A stretch of DNA of 63,874 bases, the filler included, from an uncultured Methanoregulaceae archaeon (GTDB taxonomy: Archaea > Halobacteriota > Methanomicrobia > Methanomicrobiales > Methanospirillaceae), in NCBI GenBank assembly GCA_964530035.1. It is 3 parts of 3 records of this genome, joined end to end, with 100 filler letters (N's around TTAATTAATTAA, not from the genome) between each part and the next. Parts side by side here need not be neighbours in the genome. Positions count along the whole stretch, not along the records: positions 1 to 22,662 come from CAZGXZ010000018.1; 2 more parts are not named here. One strand, 5' to 3'. Under the pieces are notes generated by a model. That model made no database searches, was not told the DNA's origin, and worked only from the letters and a program-made list of their open reading frames with translations. Numbering within the stretch: the stretch's first letter is position 1; each line of letters opens with the position of its first letter. Positions 10,617 to 21,302 of this stretch are shown here, piece by piece. The translations under genes were made by a program, and so were the position numbers.

Positions 10617-11641
10617 ACGGCGAGGATGCAGAGCGGGTCCAGGACGAGAATGCCCTGCCTGAGGAACAGGAAGACCTCTCCGTCCGCCCGTTGACGTTTC
10701 CAGATTTCATCGGGCAGGAGACCGTCAAGGAAACACTCAGGATAGCAATAGCCGCGGCACAAAAAAGGGGTGAGCCCCTTGAGCACATCCTGTTCTCCGG
10801 CCCGCCGGGTCTTGGAAAGACGACGATGGCCCATATCATCGCCCGCGAGATGAATGCCGGTATCCAGACAACGAGCGGCCCCGTGCTTGAACGGCCCGGA
10901 GACCTTGCCGCAATCCTTACCGGGCTCCAGGTAGGTGACATCCTCTTCATCGACGAGATCCACCGGTTATCGACAACGGTAGAAGAGGTGCTGTACCCTG
11001 CGATGGAGGATTTTTCCATCGACGTCATGATCGGTGAAGGGCCGAGTGCCCGGTCCATCCGGCTGAGCCTCGAACATTTCACCCTTATCGGCGCGACGAC
11101 ACGGATCGGCATGCTGGGCTCCCCGTTTCGTGACAGGTTCGGGATGGTCTGCCGGCATTCCCTCTACCAGGTGGAAGACCTGCAGCAGATAGTACTCAGG
11201 AGCGCCTCTATCCTCGGTATTCCCATCACGGATGACGGTGCGCTTGAAATAGGTAAAAGGAGCAGGGGCACTCCAAGAATAGCGAACAGGCTGCTCCGGC
11301 GGGTCAGGGATTACGCTGTTGTCATCACCGGGGGGACCATCACGCGCGAGGTCGCTGACCGTGCCCTGATGCGACTTGGCATTGATTCACTCGGACTTGA
11401 CGAGGTTGACCGGCGGATCCTTTCGATTGTAGCAAAGGACTTTTCAGGCGGACCCGTCGGGCTAAAGACCATCGCAATAGCAGTCGGCGAGGACACCCGG
11501 ACCATCGAAGAGGTCTACGAACCCTACCTCATCCAGATCGGGTTCATCAGGCGGACTCCCCAGGGGAGGATGACGACACCGGCAGTCATTTCACACCTCG
11601 GGTGCGCACCCCGCGAAGGCACGCTCGACCATTATCTCTGA
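10613..11641 (+). CDS. ruvB: Holliday junction branch migration helicase RuvB
   Basis: [47 protein letters not shown] and RTPQGR. Confidence 0.97.
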   Translation: MNGEDAERVQDENALPEEQEDLSVRPLTFPDFIGQETVKETLRIAIAAAQKRGEPLEHILFSGPPGLGKTTMAHIIAREMNAGIQTTSGPVLERPGDLAAILTGLQVGDILFIDEIHRLSTTVEEVLYPAMEDFSIDVMIGEGPSARSIRLSLEHFTLIGATTRIGMLGSPFRDRFGMVCRHSLYQVEDLQQIVLRSASILGIPITDDGALEIGKRSRGTPRIANRLLRRVRDYAVVITGGTITREVADRALMRLGIDSLGLDEVDRRILSIVAKDFSGGPVGLKTIAIAVGEDTRTIEEVYEPYLIQIGFIRRTPQGRMTTPAVISHLGCAPREGTLDHYL

Positions 11642-11780
11642 TGAAGCCAGGCGGGTGTGGCATTTGCGGGACGGGACAGACCGCTCTTTCACGCCTCTTC
11701 CCGCTTTCCTGGAGAATGATTATTTGTTCATGATATGACTGCTATGCACGTATTTCCGGCAGGTCCAAGGTTTGTTCTGA

Positions 11781-12437
11781 ATGAAGGTATACGTGATCGG
11801 TGACATCCACGGAAGGTACCAGGCCCTCAAAGAGGTATTCGCGGTATCAGGATTTCGTCCGGGGAGCGACCGGCTTATCACGCTCGGAGATGTTGTTGAT
11901 TACGGGCCCTGTACACGCCAGTGCGTCGACCTGCTGATGTCTGTCCCTGACAGGATCGCGGTCCTGGGAAACCATGACCTCTGGTTCCTCGAGTGGATTT
12001 TCCTTGAACGGGCACGGCCTGAATGGGTCTTCCAGGGGGGCGAGGCGACGATCCGGTCGTATGGCGGGTCTCCCGGAAATGTACCGGAATCACACAGACT
12101 ATTTTTTAAAAAATCTGTTCCTTATTACGTCGATGAACAGAACCGGCTTTTCGTCCACGGGGGTTTCGACCCTCAGCGCCCCCTCTCCGAGCAGGACCAG
12201 TACGATCTCATGTGGGACCGGACACTGATGGATTACAGCAGGCAACGACCGGTGACAGGATACCGTCATGTTTTCATAGGTCACACGAGAACACAGGCTG
12301 CGGCTGGTTCCGACGAGCCGGTTGTCCTTCACAACGTCACCCTCTGTGATACGGGTGCCGGTTACGGGGGATATGTAACCCTGATAGATGTGGAAACCGG
12401 CAGGTTCTGGCAGTCGGGAAAGGCGGATATCCTGTGA
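11781..12437 (+). CDS. Calcineurin-like metallophosphoesterase (PrpA/ApaH-like)
   Basis: GDIHG, LGDVVDYG, GNHD, FVHGG, GHT and DTGAG motifs all intact. Confidence 0.9.
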   Translation: MKVYVIGDIHGRYQALKEVFAVSGFRPGSDRLITLGDVVDYGPCTRQCVDLLMSVPDRIAVLGNHDLWFLEWIFLERARPEWVFQGGEATIRSYGGSPGNVPESHRLFFKKSVPYYVDEQNRLFVHGGFDPQRPLSEQDQYDLMWDRTLMDYSRQRPVTGYRHVFIGHTRTQAAAGSDEPVVLHNVTLCDTGAGYGGYVTLIDVETGRFWQSGKADIL

Positions 12438-12447
12438 ATGGCCATTT

Positions 12448-14088
12448 TCATGGTTTTATTGCTACCCGGAAACGAAGGTCGGCATGAAACACTTTTGAAA
12501 AAGCCTTTTTTTCATTCTCAACGCCCCAGACCTCAAGATGGCAGTCTCCCCGGGCCTCGATATAAAGTAAAACGGATTCATCGTCCCGTTCAACGAAACG
12601 GGCATGCCTGATGAGAGCAGTATGACTGCGGTCCAGGCTCTCTGCAAGACGGAGAAAGGCTGAGAGGGCAAGAGCCCGGTGAACCATGTGGTGCGGCAGG
12701 TCAGGGTCAGCCGGGACTTTTTTCCCGGGACTTTTTTTCCTGTGATACCTGGCTATATGGGCCATGAAAGCCTGCTCTGTCCTGTCAAAACCAAGGAGTT
12801 CCACGTTCTTGATAATGTATGCCGAATGCGCCTGGTGGTTGACATAACTGATCGAAGACCCGATATCATGCAGGAATGCAGCGTATTCAAGCATCTCCCG
12901 CTCCCATGCACCCAGGTCGTGCAGGCCCGCCTCGAAACCTGATTCAAACAGTTCAAGCGCGGTCTCGGCCACGGTCCGTGCATGGTACTCGTTTATACCG
13001 AATGACCTTCCGATCTGGACGATGCTCCGCTCCCGGAGCGAAAGCCCGGAAAGAAGGGGAAAATTTTCAATCCTGGAGAGATAATCCACGAGGAGGCCGT
13101 CCTGCAGTCCCCTGTTCGAAACGGTAAGGGTTTCAACGTGCAAATCCTCCATCAGGGTGGTGATGATCAGCCCTCCCCCGATGATGATGTCAGCCCTGTC
13201 AGGGTTCATCCCTGGTAGGGAACGTCGCTTATTGAGTGACATCTGGCAGAGGGCTGACATTGCCCTGGACAGGTCTTTTTTTGGTATGGTCAGCATCCCG
13301 GAAACGGTTTCAGATCCCGCCATTCGTGCTGCGATTTCCGCAAGGTTTTCTATCGTCCCTGAGCTCCCGAAACAGTGACAGATCTCGTGTTTTTCTGCCT
13401 CCTGGATTACCCGTACGGCGGTGTCCTTTATGTACTCCTTCAGGTGGTGGATGGACTGCTCATCTACCGGTGTCTGAGCCCCGTCAGGGAAAAAATGGTT
13501 CGTAAGCCGGATCGCACCCAGCTTGAGGCTTTCGAGGTACAGGTACTGCGACCGGTTACCGATAACGACCTCGGTGCTTCCGCCGCCGATATCGATGAAA
13601 AGGGCGGTTTCCCCTTCCGGGATCTCGACACCCCCGGTAACTCCAAGGTAGATAAGACGGGCCTCTTCACGGCCTGAAATAACCCGGACATCGATACCGA
13701 CCTCGTGTCTGAGCCGTGTCAGGAGATCGCGGCAGTTCCCGGCCTCCCGGGTGGCCGCGGTCGCGACCGTCACGATCTCCTCCACACGGAAGGACCTGGC
13801 CAGCTCGACAAGATGAAGGCATAACGTTACGCAACGGTCAACAGCGGCTGCGGAGAGCACCCCGCATTCAAAGGCACCATCTCCGAGTCGCACCGTGCCT
13901 TTCTGACGGGTGAGAATCACGTATGAACCGTTTGCATTGATCCTGACAACAAGAAGCCGGACTGAATTCGTCCCGATATCTATAAATCCAACAATCCTTC
14001 CCCCAGCCGGGACGGGGGGTGGAAAATTTCCATGATGAGCCCCGGATAGTATCATATCCTCGTATGGGGGAAGGTCAGGGGTATCCAT
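12448..14088 (-). CDS. ppx: Exopolyphosphatase Ppx/GppA with C-terminal HD domain
   Basis: IDIGTNSVRL, ATAATREA, EEARL, DIGGGSTE, RADII, GLQDG and LHDIG; start approximate. Confidence 0.93.
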   Translation of the reverse strand: MDTPDLPPYEDMILSGAHHGNFPPPVPAGGRIVGFIDIGTNSVRLLVVRINANGSYVILTRQKGTVRLGDGAFECGVLSAAAVDRCVTLCLHLVELARSFRVEEIVTVATAATREAGNCRDLLTRLRHEVGIDVRVISGREEARLIYLGVTGGVEIPEGETALFIDIGGGSTEVVIGNRSQYLYLESLKLGAIRLTNHFFPDGAQTPVDEQSIHHLKEYIKDTAVRVIQEAEKHEICHCFGSSGTIENLAEIAARMAGSETVSGMLTIPKKDLSRAMSALCQMSLNKRRSLPGMNPDRADIIIGGGLIITTLMEDLHVETLTVSNRGLQDGLLVDYLSRIENFPLLSGLSLRERSIVQIGRSFGINEYHARTVAETALELFESGFEAGLHDLGAWEREMLEYAAFLHDIGSSISYVNHQAHSAYIIKNVELLGFDRTEQAFMAHIARYHRKKSPGKKVPADPDLPHHMVHRALALSAFLRLAESLDRSHTALIRHARFVERDDESVLLYIEARGDCHLEVWGVENEKKAFSKVFHADLRFRVAIKP

Positions 14089-14105
14089 GGTATCCCTCGC
14101 AGTCG

Positions 14106-15227
14106 TCAGGTCAACAGACGTCCGGGTTTCTGCACGCGACAGACCGAACACCGGCCGACGATGGCCGCTGCCAGGAGGCAGAGTGCTGCGGTACTGATGA
14201 ATGCCACGGGGAACCCTCCCATTTCAGCAACAAACGCGGCCATCGATGGCAGTATGGACATCCCGCAGTAGCTTGCCGTATTGAACACCCCCATCACGGT
14301 CCCCTGCTGGACCTCGGTTTCGGCAAGGAATGCCATCTGGGAGAGTATTATCACCCCCTGGGTAATCCCGACAAGGATGAATCCCCATGGGGATAGAAGG
14401 CAGATAATCATGGCCGCGGCCAGAAGGAGCGCTGATATGCGTATCGAGGGGACCGGGGGGAGTGCCATCCTCGAGATGGACATGACCGTCACCATGGTCG
14501 CGATATTCATAGCCGCCACCGCCATGGCGAGGCTGGACGGGTTGAGGTCCGAGTAGTCCGGGTATATCGCAGTGACGACTCCTGATGCCCCGATAAGGAT
14601 AATGCCAGATATCCAGAGCCAGTAATACTGGCTCCCGACCCTTACAAGCCGCCTTATGGCGGTTTCCTCAGGAAATGTCCCCCACTCCCTTGGCATCGCC
14701 GTTCCCGGTCTCATGGCCAGTGAGAGGAGGAATGCCCCGAGAGATGCTGCGGTGAATACAGCAAGTCCCGAGTAGGGGTCATGGACCATCTCGACAAGCC
14801 ATCCGGTAGCGAGGAGACCGACGACAAGGCCCGCATTCAGCATCGCCATGAATATTCCGGACAACCGTTCATGGTCGGACTGCTCGTTTACCCAGGCGAG
14901 CGCAGATGACATGAAGAGCCCTCCGGCGACACCTTCGAAAAGCCGTGCCAGCAGGATGGGATAAAATCCCCCGGGTGCCAGTAAAAAACCAATACCGCTG
15001 AGAAGGGTTATCCCGAGCCCGGCCTGGACAAGCCGCACCGGGTCGATCCGATCTGCCAACAACCCGGCGGGAAGCGTCATGAGGAACGCTCCCACGAAAT
15101 AGGCTGAGTAGATCAGCCCCTGAGCCGTTGTCCCGCCCGCAAGGGAAGGGAGCACCGGGACCACGGCATTCGAGAGGGCCATTACGACAAAAACGCCGAA
15201 ACAGGCCGTTATTCGGTTTTGGAGCAT
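14106..15227 (-). CDS. MFS transporter
   Basis: About 11-12 hydrophobic segments; GLLADRID motif A-like loop. Confidence 0.8.
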   Translation of the reverse strand: MLQNRITACFGVFVVMALSNAVVPVLPSLAGGTTAQGLIYSAYFVGAFLMTLPAGLLADRIDPVRLVQAGLGITLLSGIGFLLAPGGFYPILLARLFEGVAGGLFMSSALAWVNEQSDHERLSGIFMAMLNAGLVVGLLATGWLVEMVHDPYSGLAVFTAASLGAFLLSLAMRPGTAMPREWGTFPEETAIRRLVRVGSQYYWLWISGIILIGASGVVTAIYPDYSDLNPSSLAMAVAAMNIATMVTVMSISRMALPPVPSIRISALLLAAAMIICLLSPWGFILVGITQGVIILSQMAFLAETEVQQGTVMGVFNTASYCGMSILPSMAAFVAEMGGFPVAFISTAALCLLAAAIVGRCSVCRVQKPGRLLT

Positions 15228-17117
15228 TCAGACCATGCGGTATGTTTCGAGGTTCATCGGGGAATGGGTCTCAATATGGTTTCGCTTGTAGATTGACGAT
15301 GCAAGGTCGATCGTCTTGTTTTCATCACCATGGATCGTGAAGATCTTTTCCGGCTTGGGCTGGATGTGGTGGATGAAGTTCATCAGCTGGCGCCGGTCAG
15401 AATGGCCTGAGAACCCATCGACGGTAACGATTTCGAGGTTGATGACGATTGATTCCCGGCTCCCGATCGGCACTTCGCGCCATCCCTTCTGGATCCTTCG
15501 CCCGAGGGTTCCGTCTGCCTGGTACCCGACGAATATCAGGGCGTTGCGCTCATCTGCCGCGAGGTTCATGAGGTATTCCATGACCGGGCCTCCGTTCAGC
15601 ATGCCGCTCGTGGTAATAATCACGCAGGGTTCACCCGTGATGACCTTCGTACGCATGTCAGAGGAATCAACGGCGGTAAAAAACTCGGCCAGGAAGGGGT
15701 TCATTCCCTCTTTGAAGATGAGGTTCCGCAGGTCGCTGTTGAGGTATTCGGGGTAGGTCGTGTGAATGGCGGTCGCCTCGCGGATCATCCCGTCGAGGAA
15801 GATCTTGACCTTCGGGATCTGCTCCTTCCGCATGCCTTCTTCCAGGGCGAGCATCACTTCCTGGGACCGTCCTACCGAAAAGGCCGGGATAATGACCTTT
15901 CCACCCCGTGAGATGACCTCCGTCACCGTTTCGTACAGCTTTTCCTCAGCCTCTGCACGCGGTGGCTGGTTGTCCTGCGAACCGCCATAGGTACTCTCGA
16001 TGAACAACGCCTCAAGCCTGGGGAACTGGCTGGTCGCCGGGTTGAACAACCTGCTTCTCCCGTAGTGGAGGTCACCGGTGAAGGCGATGTTGTACAGCCC
16101 GTCGCCGATATGGAAATGGGCAATCGCTGACCCGAGGATATGTCCTGCATTATGGAAGGTCAGCTTGACATCCGGGGCGATATCGGTAACATTTCCGTAA
16201 TTGATGGGGATTGAGTGTTTGATGAATGTCTTTACCTCATTCGAGCTGTAGGGGACTTTCTTGTCCTCCTTGTGGATGACATCGAGATAGTCAAGCTGGA
16301 GCATGGCGGCGAGGTCGCGCGTAGGCGGGGTACAGTAGACGGGCCCCTCGAATCCATACTTGAAGAGGAGGGGGACAAGGGCGCAGTGGTCGAGGTGGGC
16401 ATGGGTGAGGACGACGGCATCAAGCTGGGAGAGGGGGCTTATCTCAGGGACATACAGGTAGGGAATGTTGTTACTGTTGTCAGGTTTTTCTCCACAATCG
16501 ATGAGGATCCGGCTCTCGGGGGTGCTGAGGAGGAAGGCGGCGCGCCCTACCTCCCTGCAGCAGCCGAGGGTGGTAACCCGGACCCACTGGTCCTTGGAGG
16601 TCTGGTCACGGTGGATCCGTCTCCCGATGGTCCTCATCAGTTCCTTTCGTTCCTCCTTGACCGAGCGGAGGTACTGCCTGATCTGTTTTACCGTGTTGGA
16701 CTCGATGGGCGGAGTCCTCACCACTTTCGGAGTCCAGCCTATATGCCGGGTTATCTCCCGCAACGTTGCACCGTTCTTGCCGATGACGACTCCGGGTTTC
16801 TCAGCCTCGATTACAACCTCCCCGGTGTCGATATCAAAAAAAATATCTGTAATGCCGGCGTTTTCCGTCACGACAGACCTGATCTGGTCGGCAGCCCGTT
16901 CAGGCTCCTCGAGCTTTGTCGGTCTTACAACAATTCGCTTGCGCAGGTCGCGGGCCAGGACCCTGATGAGGTCCGCCTCATCGGCGAACTTTTTCGGGTC
17001 ATCGGTATAGATGACCAGCTCAGGCCCTTCAAACTCAACCTGGGTTACGTTGATGCCCCTCGGCACTTTTTCATTAATCTTGTCCTTGAGCTCCTTGAGC
17101 CGCTCTTCGATAAGCAT
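15228..17117 (-). CDS. fttA: Archaeal beta-CASP ribonuclease aCPSF1 / FttA (KH + MBL + beta-CASP)
   Basis: EFEGPELVIY, KH motif PGVVIGKNG, THAHLDH, AGHILGS and FSGHSDR. Confidence 0.95.
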   Translation of the reverse strand: MLIEERLKELKDKINEKVPRGINVTQVEFEGPELVIYTDDPKKFADEADLIRVLARDLRKRIVVRPTKLEEPERAADQIRSVVTENAGITDIFFDIDTGEVVIEAEKPGVVIGKNGATLREITRHIGWTPKVVRTPPIESNTVKQIRQYLRSVKEERKELMRTIGRRIHRDQTSKDQWVRVTTLGCCREVGRAAFLLSTPESRILIDCGEKPDNSNNIPYLYVPEISPLSQLDAVVLTHAHLDHCALVPLLFKYGFEGPVYCTPPTRDLAAMLQLDYLDVIHKEDKKVPYSSNEVKTFIKHSIPINYGNVTDIAPDVKLTFHNAGHILGSAIAHFHIGDGLYNIAFTGDLHYGRSRLFNPATSQFPRLEALFIESTYGGSQDNQPPRAEAEEKLYETVTEVISRGGKVIIPAFSVGRSQEVMLALEEGMRKEQIPKVKIFLDGMIREATAIHTTYPEYLNSDLRNLIFKEGMNPFLAEFFTAVDSSDMRTKVITGEPCVIITTSGMLNGGPVMEYLMNLAADERNALIFVGYQADGTLGRRIQKGWREVPIGSRESIVINLEIVTVDGFSGHSDRRQLMNFIHHIQPKPEKIFTIHGDENKTIDLASSIYKRNHIETHSPMNLETYRMV

Positions 17118-17145
17118 GAGAAAGATCAGTCCTTAAAAAAAGTGA

Positions 17146-17787
17146 TTATGCGGTGATTGCAGTCAGTTTATTCTGCATCTCGTCTTCCGTTACTTCCCTG
17201 TAGTGATCGCGTGTGATGACGACGCAGTGGTATCCCTCACCTGATCCCGCGTCACGTTTCATGGCCGATTTGAGTGCCCTGATGGCAAGTTCGACCGCTT
17301 CGTCCTCTGACATGTCCTTTCGGAAACGGTCTTCGAGAACCCCGTAGGCCATGGGTGAACCGGATCCGGTTGCAACGATATCGTCTTCCTGCCCTGCTCC
17401 ACCAAGCGCGTCAACGGAGTACAGGACTGGCCCTGAATCATCGACTCCCCCGATCAGGAGCTGGACATAGTACGGGTAGTACCGGTTCATGTTCAGGAGG
17501 TTCGAGAGCAGTGTCGAGGCGGCTTTGACCTGGATCGTACGACCTCTCCTGATGGAATACAGGCTGCACTCAACCGTCATGATCCTGGCCAGCTGCTGGG
17601 CATCACCCACCCCGCCGGCTGTCGTCATCCCGATCCGCTCCGAGATCTGGTAGATCTTCTTGGCTTTCTTGGAGGCGATGAAATACCCCATCGTCGCCCT
17701 CCTCTCTGTAGCCAGGACGACGCCGTCTTCAAAAATCAGGCCGACGGTTGTCGTACCGGTCATAGGTTCCTGGTACGGATGATTCAT
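17146..17787 (-). CDS. psmB: Proteasome subunit beta
   Basis: Propeptide followed by TG|TTTVG; ERRATMG, ATGSGS and RDAGSG. Confidence 0.96.
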   Translation of the reverse strand: MNHPYQEPMTGTTTVGLIFEDGVVLATERRATMGYFIASKKAKKIYQISERIGMTTAGGVGDAQQLARIMTVECSLYSIRRGRTIQVKAASTLLSNLLNMNRYYPYYVQLLIGGVDDSGPVLYSVDALGGAGQEDDIVATGSGSPMAYGVLEDRFRKDMSEDEAVELAIRALKSAMKRDAGSGEGYHCVVITRDHYREVTEDEMQNKLTAITA

Positions 17788-17872
17788 TGAAACACCCCAA
17801 AACTGTAAACGCTGTGAAAATGCTTCAAAAGCGCGATATTAATTAAATGGGTTTGGGCGATAAAAAGGTATT

Positions 17873-18697
17873 CTATTGTGCTGTGCACAGGACCCGTATG
17901 AGTTCCCTGTCAAAGAGCATCCCCACGAGCTTTTTCTCACCGTTCACCACGGGGATCTGGTCCACCCTGGCCCTCTTCATTTTCAGGGCACATTCGCTGA
18001 CTTCTGCATTTGGCGGGATTGCGACGACGTTCCTGACCATGGCCGTCTTGACCGGCCGCATGGGAAGCTGGACCTTGGAGATTCCGTAGCTGATGGAATG
18101 CATGTCCCTGATGCTCTCCCATGTCCATTCGTCATCATCCGTCCCGTTTGAAAAGTCACTTACCTCGACCGAGTCCTCGATGCTCGAGTTCCTGATGAGG
18201 TCCCGTTCGGAAATGATGCCCTGGAGGCGGCTTTCGGCATCCAGGATGGGTATGGCCTCAAAGCCTGATATCTCCATGACCCTCCCGACGAGAGGCAGGG
18301 GTGTCTCCTCCCAGAGGGCATACGTCCTGCTCATATACTCGGACTTGATCTCTTCCTTGATGCGGAGCTGGGATATGGCGGTGATAAGGTCTGCAACGCT
18401 GATAAGGCCTGCGAGGTGGTCCCCGTCAAGCACGGGCAGACGACGGATGTGGTTCTCTACGAGGATTTCAGCGGCCTGCTCAATGGGAGCATCAGGACTG
18501 ATAGTCAGGGGGTCGGGTGTCATGAGAAGCCCGAGCTGAGTCTCTTCGGACTTGTGGAGGAGGTCCTTTCTCGTGATGATCCCGATGGGTTTCCCGCTTT
18601 TCAGGACCGGAACCCCGGAGATTCCCGTTCTTTTCAGTATCTTGAGCACATCGTCACGGTTGCCGGGTATCTCGACCGTGACCACGTCCGAGGTCAT
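17873..18697 (-). CDS. Four-CBS-domain protein
   Basis: ISGVPV, IRRLPV, FEAIPI and VDQIPV CBS repeats; start may be slightly upstream. Confidence 0.88.
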   Translation of the reverse strand: MTSDVVTVEIPGNRDDVLKILKRTGISGVPVLKSGKPIGIITRKDLLHKSEETQLGLLMTPDPLTISPDAPIEQAAEILVENHIRRLPVLDGDHLAGLISVADLITAISQLRIKEEIKSEYMSRTYALWEETPLPLVGRVMEISGFEAIPILDAESRLQGIISERDLIRNSSIEDSVEVSDFSNGTDDDEWTWESIRDMHSISYGISKVQLPMRPVKTAMVRNVVAIPPNAEVSECALKMKRARVDQIPVVNGEKKLVGMLFDRELIRVLCTAQ

Positions 18698-18723
18698 GAA
18701 CTCCGAGACAACAAGCCCGGTCG

Positions 18724-19152
18724 TTATGATCTCACCACCATGGTTGTGACAGGGCTGTGTGACACAACAAACGAGCTCACACTACCGAGGAGGAGACGGT
18801 CGACCTCGCTTTTGCCGTGGGATCCCATGATAATAAGGTCAGCCCTCACTTCCTGGGCCAGCTTGAGGATTTCAGAGCCGGCATGTCCCTGACGGGTATA
18901 GACGGCAGCGGTGACGCCCTTTTCGGCAGCCTTTTCCTTTGCCTTCTCAAGTGCACATGCACCCTCCTTTTCCAGCATACTGTACATTACCTCGACCGTG
19001 TTGTCCAGCGGGACAGACGCGAACAATCCCGTTTCAACGATATATGCAATGTGAAGGGATGCTTTCCATGTATGTGCTTCATGCACCGCCATTTCCAAAG
19101 CTCCCTCGCTTGCCCGGGACCCATCGATTGCAACAAGAATTGAGTGAAACAT
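18724..19152 (-). CDS. Universal stress protein
   Basis: ILVAIDGS; DLIIMGSHGKSEVDRLLLGSVS. Confidence 0.92.
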   Translation of the reverse strand: MFHSILVAIDGSRASEGALEMAVHEAHTWKASLHIAYIVETGLFASVPLDNTVEVMYSMLEKEGACALEKAKEKAAEKGVTAAVYTRQGHAGSEILKLAQEVRADLIIMGSHGKSEVDRLLLGSVSSFVVSHSPVTTMVVRS

Positions 19153-19187
19153 GAAACCACTCGTGATAAAACTGCCAATATTATTGT

Positions 19188-20231
19188 TTAATGCAAACTA
19201 AAAACATTACCTGAGATATAAGCCGCCGAGCCGCGTCTCACAAGGGTTGCGACGGGGTCATGAGTGTATCTGAAATTCGTTTTTTCGGTCTCTATCCAGA
19301 AAAATGAAGCTATATTCCCTTCCTCAATCCAATTGGGTTCCCTGAAAACATCAAAACCGCGCACAGCAGACTGCAGGATCTCACGCGGTTCAACGCCATA
19401 GACAAATGAGATAAACTGCATCTCGGAAAAAAGGTCAGGCTGGACAAACATCACGTTATCCGTTCCAATGAGAAGTTTACAGCCCGACCTGATCATCTCC
19501 TCCAGGGGAGGACGACGGGAAGAACCGGCCACCCCGAGTGTCCAGTTCGAACGTGCGCACACGGTGACCGGGACCTGCCGTTCCGCACACCATGTAATGT
19601 CTTCCCTGGATGCATGGGTAAAATGGACGATAAGGTCAGGGGAGAGTGAAAGCGCTTCAGGGATATCACCCCGGTCCCTCTCACCTGCATGGACCGCGAC
19701 CAGTTTTCCCATCCTTCGTGCATCTTCCGCGAGCAGGGCCGCCTCAGGGACGTCACGGGTGCTGCTGATGCCCAGCCCGTCCGCTATCGATTCTCCCCCA
19801 TCCCTGCCGAAAACAACCGTCTTCAGAGGGAGGTCCTGCGAGGCATCACGGAATGCCTGTACTCCCATGACCCCTCCCTCGCGAAAATCGGCACATCCGG
19901 CAGTTCCCGACCCTGTCATGGAGACAAGGCTTGATCGTATGGCACCTTTCAACCGTTCATCCGGTGTTGCTTTGAGGATGCGGTGCTTCAGGCCATCAGG
20001 TGGGGTGACAAGAGTCGTGAGGTCACCACCATGCATGGTGTCCATGGCAACCGTGTCGCCCGTATGGGTATGGGAATTCCAGAAATGCGGACATATCCAG
20101 CGACCGCATGCCACCTTCAGGTCCTCGATACGGTGAATCCTTCCGTCCTCTACACAGATCCTCACCGCCCTTGGTTCAAGGTCGCTCCCTGTCAGGGCAA
20201 GTCCTTCGATGAGCTGCTCATGTTGCCCCAT
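19188..20231 (-). CDS. Amidohydrolase family protein
   Basis: NSHTHTGD, VHAGE, VHFTH and GTDN metal-binding motifs. Confidence 0.85.
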   Translation of the reverse strand: MGQHEQLIEGLALTGSDLEPRAVRICVEDGRIHRIEDLKVACGRWICPHFWNSHTHTGDTVAMDTMHGGDLTTLVTPPDGLKHRILKATPDERLKGAIRSSLVSMTGSGTAGCADFREGGVMGVQAFRDASQDLPLKTVVFGRDGGESIADGLGISSTRDVPEAALLAEDARRMGKLVAVHAGERDRGDIPEALSLSPDLIVHFTHASREDITWCAERQVPVTVCARSNWTLGVAGSSRRPPLEEMIRSGCKLLIGTDNVMFVQPDLFSEMQFISFVYGVEPREILQSAVRGFDVFREPNWIEEGNIASFFWIETEKTNFRYTHDPVATLVRRGSAAYISGNVFSLH

Positions 20232-20276
20232 GCCACACCACCCATTTTAAGAGGCTTGAGAACGAAATAGTATCGC

Positions 20277-20435
20277 ATGGCGAAGAAGAGCGGTGGCCGT
20301 CTCATCTCCTCGGCGGGACTTGTCAACTATTATGACAGTGAGGACAAGCGCGCCGTCCATATCAGCCCGTACAGCGTTATCGCTCTTGCGGTTGGCGTTG
20401 CGGTAGTGGTCGGCGTATTGAATGTCATTCTGTAA
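20277..20435 (+). CDS. secG: Preprotein translocase subunit Sec61beta (52 aa, absent from the supplied ORF track)
   Basis: Translated by hand: MAKKSGGRLISSAGLVNYYDSEDKRAVHISPYSVIALAVGVAVVVGVLNVIL*. Confidence 0.92.
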   Translation: MAKKSGGRLISSAGLVNYYDSEDKRAVHISPYSVIALAVGVAVVVGVLNVIL

Positions 20436-20722
20436 CCAGGGATTGTGCCGGAAGGCATCTCAAGGCCCTTTTTCTTACATCCCGATGTATTTTTGACGGG
20501 GAGTCCATCTTCTCCAGGTACTGCCTGTTTTGGGATTACCCTGGCCTGGAATGGATCTTTTCCTGTGGATGGCGGGGATGAAAGAAAAAATACTACTCAC
20601 TGCCCCTCGTATTCCCTGTTCTGGCATGTCTGGGTTTTTTAAACATCCTTCCCGGGAACTCCGGGAAATCGGATATAAACCCATCGGAATCTATTTGAGC
20701 GTAAAGACCTATCACCCATGCG

Positions 20723-21019
20723 ATGTACCTGGTGATCCGCTGCCCTGGGTGCCGGTCCTTTACCTACGTTGATCATTTCCAGAGGTTCAAGCTCTGCCCC
20801 CTCTGCAGCGAGGCAATAAATGTCCAGAACGCAGAGGCATTCCTGGAAGTTGAGGACTTCAACACAGCGGACAGCATCATCAGGCAGTTGGAGGCGTTCC
20901 TCCACCATTCCAAGCGAAAAGATCTTACAAACGAGGAGATTATCCTCCTCAGGAAAAGGTATGCGGAATGGGTACGCGAGCATGAAAGGACTGCGGTCAA
21001 GGAGCCCGGCCACGGCTGA
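20723..21019 (+). CDS. DUF1922-like zinc-ribbon protein
   Basis: MYLVIRCPGC...KLCPLC. Confidence 0.7.
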   Translation: MYLVIRCPGCRSFTYVDHFQRFKLCPLCSEAINVQNAEAFLEVEDFNTADSIIRQLEAFLHHSKRKDLTNEEIILLRKRYAEWVREHERTAVKEPGHG

Positions 21020-21302
21020 GCTGATGTAACGATCACCCTTTTTCATCATGCCGGGCAGGACGAAGAGGGTAACATGTACATCTGAGTTTGGCCCTTTTTT
21101 TTGCAGGCCCCCTCATGAGAGCCTCTCCATGACATTGTATCATGGGTTGGAGGCTCTGTCTCCGCATATTGGCATGAACCGGGGCCCGGGCAGACCCTCT
21201 CGCATGTGCCGACAGGTCGATGGAAGACGGGGATCCCGGGTACCCTGAAACCTGGCCTGATGGTTTCATGTCACCCCTGTCCGGGATGATCTGCACCGCC
21301 AT

